Shown here one piece after another: positions 57,447 to 64,000 of a stretch of DNA of 64,000 bases. Position numbers and translations under genes: made by a program. The stretch is taken from positions 1,536,001-1,600,000 of the forward strand of contig CBDFIQ010000002.1 in assembly GCA_965248195.1 (NCBI GenBank). Reading direction: 5' to 3'. Every line of letters starts with the position of its first letter. Position 1 is the first letter of the stretch. The notes under the pieces are model-generated. The model had not been told where the DNA came from. It did no database searches and was given only the letters and a program-made list of their open reading frames with translations. The DNA is from Longimicrobiales bacterium (GTDB lineage: Bacteria; Gemmatimonadota; Gemmatimonadetes; Longimicrobiales; Gaopeijiaceae).

Positions 57447-59316
57447 GTGAAACTCGGATTCATTCGGTTGGTCACGCTTGGGAGTGCCCTGCTCGTCGCG
57501 GGGTGCATGGACGGTTCTTCACCCACCGACCTCTCGCCGGACCTAGTGATCTTCGATGCCGAGCACGGGGACGACGGCTCTCACTTCTACTTCCTTCCGC
57601 CGATGGTGCCCGATCCAGGTGCCACGGGCGTCTTCGACGCGACTTTACCCGCGGTGGTCGAGATCTGCGAGTTGATAGGTGTAGGTCCGAACTGTGCTGC
57701 GACGATCGTTGAGTTCAGCGTGGGGGCGGGGACGATCGACGTCAGCGGCGATCACTATCACGCGAACTGGCACGCGGGCGACTTCAATCTCGACCTCACC
57801 CAGCTGTATCGGATTAGCGTCTTTGTGGGCGCGCAGGAGCTCGGCTTCGCTGATGTCCAGCCCGTGGCCAACGGCGGCGGGCTGAAAAACGTTGAGACCG
57901 GGGTGGTCATCGGGCTTGTCGATAATCGAACCCTCCCGATCAAGTTCCGTATCGAGGAGGGCGCGCGAGTGGGCTCGCTGAAGGTGATCAAGAACTCGGA
58001 CGCCGACGGCGGCTTCGGCTTCACCGGCTCCGGCACGATCGGCGGCTTCACGCTCAACACCACGGGCGCGCCGGCGGCGACGGCCATGCAGATGTTCGGC
58101 CTTGATCCGCAAGTGACCTACACCGTGACCGAGAGCCTGAATCCGAACTTCGACCTGGCGAGCGCCAGCTGCACACTGGAGGATGGCACCGTGACGGGCA
58201 CAGCGGGCGGAACGGCAGTCACAGGGATTGTGATCGAGCCCGCTAAGACAACCACCTGTACGTTCACAAATACGCTGAAGCCCGGCTCGCTCAAGGTGAT
58301 CAAGAACTCCGACCAAGACGGCAGCTTCGAATTCACGGGGTCCGGCGGCGTCAGCTCTTTCACGCTCAACACCACGGGCGCGCCGGCGGCGACGGCCATG
58401 CAGACGTTCACGGGCCTCGACGCCACGGTGAACATCGACCTCACCGAGACCCTAAATCCGGCTTTCGACTTCGTCAGCGCGGTCTGCGCCACGGAGGGCG
58501 GGATTCCCACGGGCGCGGGCGGTCCGGCGGTCACGGGGATCGACATCGAGCCCGGCAAGACCACCACGTGCACGTTCACGAACACGCGGAGCGGGATTAC
58601 CATCGACGCGACCGCGGTGACCGCCTCCACGTTCTCCATTGGAGGGATTGGCAGCTTCCCCTCGGATACGCCTAAGGTCTTGGATCTGGCCCCCGGACTG
58701 TACACGGTTCAGGAGAGTTCCGGTGGGGTGCATGACTTCGAAATCACTGCGACAGGTCTAGTCAGCTACGCGGCGTCGAAGGAGCCGTTCTTTGACGGCT
58801 TGGGCACGTCGCAGCTGACGCTGGTCGGCTATTCTGTCGACATTGACGCCACCGCAATGACGGCGGGGCAGTACGCTATCGGTGGTCTAGGCCTTTCCCA
58901 GTGCAACCGTGGGTACGTTCACCTTCTTGCCAGGCGTGAAGACTGTTCAGGAGCTTTCCGGCGGCGTGCATGAGTTCACGGTCGAAGAGACGGGTACGGT
59001 CAGCTTTGTGCAGCCGTTCTTCGACGGCGCGGGCACGTCGCAGCTGAAGCTGGTCGGCTACTCCATCGTCATTGATGCCACCGCGATTACGCCGCCGGGG
59101 TCGTTCTTTATCGGCGGTATAGGCGGATTTCCCAGCGCGACCGTCGAAACGCTCACCTTCTTGCCGGGCGACAAGACGATTCAGGATGGTTCCGGCTTGC
59201 TGTTTGACTTCGAAGTCCTGTCAGGCGGATCACTTGATTACGATTCGGGCTTGGAAGGGATACTGACTGGGAAGGGCACCAGTAGTCTTACTTTTGATCC
59301 CTCTTTTGTTCCTTAG
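57447..59316 (+). pseudogene. Repeat-rich surface lipoprotein with a frameshift near 58893
   Basis: GGAG then GTG 57447, lipobox VAGC; two ~104-aa prealbumin/SpaA-like repeats and three ~80-aa IDATA...IGG.G.FPS repeats; the second of these continues only in the +1 frame (58894-59316). Confidence 0.8.
57972..58590 (+). repeat. Intragenic ~312-bp tandem duplication
   Basis: Units start at 57972 and 58284; 46-bp identical block at 58047-58092 and 58359-58404. Confidence 0.9.
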
Positions 59317-59503
59317 GGATGAACCCGAGACCGGAGCAGCAATGATGCGGTAGAGCGGGGCGGGGTACATGCGCTCGACCAGATAGTGAAGGGGGACTTT
59401 TGGCTCCGTCAATCCTGTCGACCAGGGTGCTTTCATCTGGAGATGTCCGGGACTGTGGTGGCGTTTACATCCATGAGTCCGGAGCCTGGGGGGGGGGGGG
59501 TCG

Positions 59504-59674
59504 CTATTCCTCCAGCCTCTCCTCGATGCGCCTCAAGCGCTCGTCGATCTCCTGCAGTTTGTGCAGGATGATGATGTGGGTCTTTTTCGCGTCGATCCCC
59601 ACGGGGCTCGCCTCGCTGGAGATCTCGCGCTCGATTGCAGTGAAAATGTCGAGGGGTACGTCCATGCCGCTCAT
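59504..59674 (-). CDS. 56-aa hypothetical protein with C-terminal coiled coil
   Basis: GGAGG SD; MSGMDVPLDIFTAIEREISSEASPVGIDAKKTHIIILHKLQEIDERLRRIEERLEE; below the ORF-track cutoff. Confidence 0.75.
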   Translation of the reverse strand: MSGMDVPLDIFTAIEREISSEASPVGIDAKKTHIIILHKLQEIDERLRRIEERLEE

Positions 59675-59874
59675 GGCCACCTCCGATGGGATATCCGTCT
59701 TGTGTCACCTACCCGAGCACACAGTGTAGACAGCGATGGGCCCTGGCCGAAAGCTGCACGCTGCCCCTGGGACAACCTCCACGGGCCGGACGCTTGCCGC
59801 CCGGCTAGCCCGGGCGCATCTTTTGCGCCATGTCCGATAGGTTCGAGGAGCCGAAGGGAGCGCGTGGGAAACCA

Positions 59875-61704
59875 ATGAACGGCAGACTCTTGGGTGGCTT
59901 TCTTCTCGCTTTAGCCACGTTCGCCGCCCTCGAAGTAGCTGCGCAGAACAGGGGTCAGGATGCTGTCACCGGCGCCCTGGATGCCTTCCGTCCGTTGACA
60001 CAAGCCATGCTGAATGACCCCGACCCATCCGACTGGGTCATGTGGCGCGGCGGGTACGCCAACTGGGGGTACAGCCCGCTCGACCAGATTACCCCCGACA
60101 ACGTGAACGACCTTCGCCTTGTGTGGTCGTGGGCCATCGCCCCGGCCGGTCCCGGATCCACGGGCATGCAGGTCGAGCCGATCGTGTACGACGGCGTCAT
60201 GTATCTCCGCCACGCGAACGAGCGGTACTCGGCGCATGACGCGACTACGGGGGACGTCATCTGGGAGTATTCGCGTCCCGTGCCCGAGGAGGTCGTGGCA
60301 GAGGAGTCCGTGTTCACCGTACACCGGGGCAGGGGCGTCTTCCTTTTCGAGGACAGGCTCATCGGTCACTCGACGGACGGGATGCTCTTCGCTCTGGACC
60401 CACGCACGGGCGAGCTCGTGTGGGAAACGCAGATGGTGGACTACCGCGCCGGCCAGCAGCCGAGCGGCGCGCCCGTGGTGTTCAACGGGGCCATTGCCGT
60501 GCCGTACAACTGCACGGCCTGGGCCGCCCCGGATCCGTGTCACATGTCGGCCTACGATGTCGAGTCGGGCGAGATGCTGTGGCGTTGGTATACGAGTCCC
60601 ACGCCAGAGGATCCGATGCATCAGACGTGGGGCGATGATCCCCAGGTGTACCCGCTCGCGTCGAGGCGGAACATGTCCCCATGGCAGACACCCGCCGTCG
60701 ATACCGAACGCGGGCTGTTCATTTTCGGAATCGGCTCCAGCGCACCGCAACAGCCCGAGTTGGCCGGGACCGATGGCCAGTGGCCCGATCGACTCTACCA
60801 TGGATCGACCGTGGCCCTCGATGCCCGAACGGGTGAGCTCGTGTGGTGGGCCCAGCACCATACGGACATGTGGAACAACGACGCCGCATACGACCGGATT
60901 CTGGTCGATTCGCCGGTAGCGCCCGATCCGCCAGAGGCCCTCGGGATCAATCCCGACATCACGCCGGGCGAAATGCGGCAGCTCGTGGTGGGCTCCTTCT
61001 CGAAGGACGCCATCTTCTACGTCTACGACAGGGGCGACGGCACGTTTCTGTATGCCCGGCCGACCGCCTACCAGAACGTCATTCAGAGCTACGACGGCCG
61101 GACGGGCGCCTTCACCACCAATCCCGACGCGGTCATGATCGCCGATGAGGACCGCGAAACCACGATATGTAGAGAGAACAGACAGATTCCTCAGGGGGCC
61201 TACAGTCCGCTTACGAACGCCTACTACGTCCCGGCCTTCAACGGCCGGTGCTCGGTGATTAGGGTCACGTCGCTCTCGCCCTCGCTGGAGACCGGCTACA
61301 ACACAACGACGCTACGCTTCCAGCCCAGCCCGGTACCCCATCTGGGCCAGCCCGAGGCGATCGACGTCTCGACAGGAAAGACGCTCTGGCGCCTGGACCG
61401 CGAGGCACCTCTGTACGGAATGCTCACAACGGGCGGTGGTCTCCTCTTCGCCGCCGATACGAACCGGCGCTTCTATGCGATCGACCAGTGGACGGGTGAA
61501 GCGCTGTGGGAGACGATCTTGAACGGTGTGAGCGACATGGCGCCCATCACCTATTCTGTCGACGGCCGACAGTACATCGCCGTGATCTCGCCAGGGGGTA
61601 CGGTCGGATCGGCCAGCCACGTCGGCCAGCTGCGCGCTCGGGTGCCGATTGGGCAGAGAAACGTGGGCCACACGCTGTTCGTCTTCGCGTTACCCGAGGA
61701 GTGA
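59875..61704 (+). CDS. PQQ-dehydrogenase-family beta-propeller protein (divergent)
   Basis: YSPLDQITPDNVNDLRLVW, PIVYDGVMY, ALDPRTGELVW, TTGGGLLF, PITYSVDGRQYIAV; start 59875 or 59830. Confidence 0.9.
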   Translation: MNGRLLGGFLLALATFAALEVAAQNRGQDAVTGALDAFRPLTQAMLNDPDPSDWVMWRGGYANWGYSPLDQITPDNVNDLRLVWSWAIAPAGPGSTGMQVEPIVYDGVMYLRHANERYSAHDATTGDVIWEYSRPVPEEVVAEESVFTVHRGRGVFLFEDRLIGHSTDGMLFALDPRTGELVWETQMVDYRAGQQPSGAPVVFNGAIAVPYNCTAWAAPDPCHMSAYDVESGEMLWRWYTSPTPEDPMHQTWGDDPQVYPLASRRNMSPWQTPAVDTERGLFIFGIGSSAPQQPELAGTDGQWPDRLYHGSTVALDARTGELVWWAQHHTDMWNNDAAYDRILVDSPVAPDPPEALGINPDITPGEMRQLVVGSFSKDAIFYVYDRGDGTFLYARPTAYQNVIQSYDGRTGAFTTNPDAVMIADEDRETTICRENRQIPQGAYSPLTNAYYVPAFNGRCSVIRVTSLSPSLETGYNTTTLRFQPSPVPHLGQPEAIDVSTGKTLWRLDREAPLYGMLTTGGGLLFAADTNRRFYAIDQWTGEALWETILNGVSDMAPITYSVDGRQYIAVISPGGTVGSASHVGQLRARVPIGQRNVGHTLFVFALPEE

Positions 61705-61754
61705 CGGGGTATTCTCGATCGCAGTTTCCGCAGAAATCGCATGAAACCCCAAAG

Positions 61755-62537
61755 TTACCCGTCGCCCTCCCCGGTGAACGTGTTCGACAGTGTCCCGATT
61801 CCGTCGATGTGGATTTCTACCGTGCTGCCCGGCTCCATCGGGAGGGCCCCCAAGGAGGTTCCGCAGGTGATGATGTCTCCAGGTAGGAGCGTCATGCCGC
61901 GGGAGATCCGCTGCACGAGCTCGAGCGGAGAGAAGAACATGTCGCTCACGGGATAGTCCTGCCGAACCTCGCCGTTCAGTTGGGCCGTGACCTGAAGCGA
62001 CTCTGGGTCGAGGTCCGTCGCAATCACGGGGCCGAACGGAGTGAACGTGTCGAAGCTCTTCGCACGACTCCACTGCGGGAACGAAGAATCCTCGAAGATG
62101 ATCGGCAGGGCGGTCGCATCATTGACGCAGGTGTAGCCGAGGACGTAGTCGTCGACTGCCGCCATCGAGACGTCCTTGCAGCGCTTGCCGATCACGACAC
62201 CGAGCTCGCCCTCGAAGATCACCCCGCGGTCGTAGGATTCCGGCCGGACGATCGTGCCGCCGGGGGCGAGGATGCCGGAGGGGGGCTTGTAGAAGTAGAG
62301 CGGCTCCGGGGGCCGGTCCAACCCGTTTTTTGCCGCCGCCGCGCCAAAGTTGTTCCACAGCCCGATTATTTTCGTGGGCAGGCAAGGGGTCAGGACCTCG
62401 ACCGAAGCCAGCGGGATGGATTCGGACGTGGGGCTTGGTCCGTCGAACATGTCGCCGGAATGAACGGAAATCTGCCCGTTATCCAGGGCGCCAAACTTGA
62501 TATCCCCGTTGTGTTTAACACGTATCCATTGAGTCAT
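61755..62537 (-). CDS. Fumarylacetoacetate hydrolase family protein
   Basis: FEGELGVVIG, GYTCVND, RAKSFDTFTPFGP, TLLPGDIITCGT. Confidence 0.93.
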   Translation of the reverse strand: MTQWIRVKHNGDIKFGALDNGQISVHSGDMFDGPSPTSESIPLASVEVLTPCLPTKIIGLWNNFGAAAAKNGLDRPPEPLYFYKPPSGILAPGGTIVRPESYDRGVIFEGELGVVIGKRCKDVSMAAVDDYVLGYTCVNDATALPIIFEDSSFPQWSRAKSFDTFTPFGPVIATDLDPESLQVTAQLNGEVRQDYPVSDMFFSPLELVQRISRGMTLLPGDIITCGTSLGALPMEPGSTVEIHIDGIGTLSNTFTGEGDG

Positions 62538-62696
62538 GACGTTAATCGTGCGGCCTCTTGTGTGACGCTCCGAGCCATCAGCTCTCGACGTCGTGAATGG
62601 AGAACGGTCTCGGTGTAGCCGTTCCGTTAATCATTCGGAACCGTTCCGGGGGTGATCCCGGACCGAACCGATTCGTAGCGGCCCCAGGTCGGGTGC

Positions 62697-63998
62697 TTAC
62701 TCGCCGAAAAGAGGAATCCAGAGCGTCCAGTAGATCAGCACCAGCGTCATCCCGGTGAACACCAGGAGGCTCATCCAGCCGAACCACCGTGCGAAGGTCG
62801 AGGGATAGAACGCCCGGTCCTGCCTAGGGATGATGACCAGGCAGTAGTAGAAATTCAGGAAGAAGATCACCGGCGCGACGAAGGCTGCCAGCGCCGAGGC
62901 CACCAGCACCAGGAAGACGGGGCGTTCCAGGCCGGCCACGATGAGCGTGGATGCCACTAGAGAGTACAACATCGTCACGCGGTAGATGTTGTACTCCGAG
63001 TACCACGTCCCACGATGGACTTCGGTGAGACCCTCGGGGTCGATCCCGCTGAGGTCGGCGGTCCCGCGGAACAGATTGCGGGAGCAGGCGCCTACGATCC
63101 GGGGCCAACCGTCGAAGTAGTTGAAGGCCGTCGAGAAGGTCGCCGCGAACGCCCCAAGCATGAACACGGCCATCCACCGCTGACCGAGGCTCTGCGTGAA
63201 GATGCCAGCGATCTGACCCATGACCGCTCGGCCCTCGACCGGGTTCGGGTAGAGCCACACCGCCGCCAGTAGAAGAAAGATGCACGCGAGCACGAAGGAG
63301 ATCACGTGCCCTTGGCGGAAGTCCCAGATCCCGATCTTGAACCACTTGTGGCAGTACTCCTGAGCGTTCGCCGGAAGCTTGGAGGTATCGACCGCAAGAT
63401 CGTCCCGGTTCGGAGCGAATGGATCGAAGCGGTTGGCGAGCCCCATGTCCTCCATACGATCGCGAATCTTGCTCATGCCCTTCTTCTTGGCCTTGCCCCA
63501 CTCCGAGGCTTGAAGTGACACGTCCATCCCGGTGGGCAACAATCCCAGGAAAGCCGCGATGATCAGCCAGGACCCGTCCGGGATCTCTACCAAGAAGAAG
63601 TGGCTCATCTCCGAGAGAGGGGCAGGCGCAGCGAAGAACACCGCCAGCGTCGAGAGCACGAGAATCGCGGCGAGGAGCTTGGCAGCGAGCTCGACCGCCC
63701 TGTAGCGTCCGCGCAGGATGATCGCCACGGAAACCACACCCAGGAACAGGCCGTACATCGTGAGCGAGATCGGTAGCCCCATCACCTCGGAGCCCACGTA
63801 GTACAGAACGGCCGCAGCGGCAATGAGGCGACCCGCTTGGCCCAGAGCGCACTGGATCAATGTCGTGATCAGCACGTACCAGAGCGGCCACTTCTTCCAC
63901 GCCGTGCTGTACGCCTCGATCATGCTCTTCCCGGTAGCGTTGGTGAACCGGAAGGCCATCTCGAAGCCGTAGTACTTGAACACATATGCGACCGGGAT
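62697..63998 (-). CDS. Nramp-like (APC superfamily) transporter, N-terminus outside the window
   Basis: FKYYGFE..RFTNATGKS, many TM helices, AFAATFST..DGWPR; frame open to the window end. Confidence 0.8.
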   Translation of the reverse strand: MPVAYVFKYYGFEMAFRFTNATGKSMIEAYSTAWKKWPLWYVLITTLIQCALGQAGRLIAAAAVLYYVGSEVMGLPISLTMYGLFLGVVSVAIILRGRYRAVELAAKLLAAILVLSTLAVFFAAPAPLSEMSHFFLVEIPDGSWLIIAAFLGLLPTGMDVSLQASEWGKAKKKGMSKIRDRMEDMGLANRFDPFAPNRDDLAVDTSKLPANAQEYCHKWFKIGIWDFRQGHVISFVLACIFLLLAAVWLYPNPVEGRAVMGQIAGIFTQSLGQRWMAVFMLGAFAATFSTAFNYFDGWPRIVGACSRNLFRGTADLSGIDPEGLTEVHRGTWYSEYNIYRVTMLYSLVASTLIVAGLERPVFLVLVASALAAFVAPVIFFLNFYYCLVIIPRQDRAFYPSTFARWFGWMSLLVFTGMTLVLIYWTLWIPLFGE

Positions 63999-64000
63999 GC

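Noticed and set aside
59433..59708. 91-aa ORF from the track spanning the G13 tract
   Set aside because: Shadow frame; the overlapping 56-aa frame has the SD and a protein-like composition.
175..63900. Many long antisense or alternate-frame ORFs in the track (e.g. 9087-10175, 17309-18784, 22701-24143, 38316-39659, 55564-56934)
   Set aside because: They overlap well-supported genes, are Arg/Gly/Pro-rich and lack motifs; typical shadow ORFs of high-GC DNA.

Overview
64-kb window from a high-GC diderm bacterium. The gene content (lpxH, lptE, Mla/Mce, Omp85, TonB receptor, A-Q type signal peptides, M14 peptidase) suggests Gemmatimonadota, but this is inference. Most of it is housekeeping and envelope genes: glnA, lspA, addAB-like pair, mlaEFD-like, hemC-rfaE2-rph-rdgB-hldD, three MscS channels, a ClC channel and a NhaD/SLC13 transporter. 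It has four IS elements (IS256, IS5, two IS3) and two accessory regions. (1) 3.3-5.1 kb is an orphan phage-like switch (double-HTH repressor, divergent Xis/Cro-like gene, tiny lipoprotein) between IS256 and IS5. (2) 39.6-44.1 kb is the most interesting part: an intact tRNA-Sec (selC) followed by two more copies of its 3' end (40 bp and 72 bp identical). These bound two small integrase-less modules carrying surface-protein genes. One reading frame starts at an ATG at the predicted +1 of the selC promoter and runs through the whole tRNA. In the reconstructed empty site it would continue in frame into the downstream membrane-protein gene, whose signal-peptide n-region is encoded by the tRNA 3' end. 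Other oddities: a translationally coupled RGD-repeat mini-ORF between rfaE2 and rph, a strong G-quadruplex motif, a frameshifted repeat lipoprotein, and a PQQ-family protein lacking canonical catalytic residues. All calls come from reading sequence and motifs; no database searches were run.
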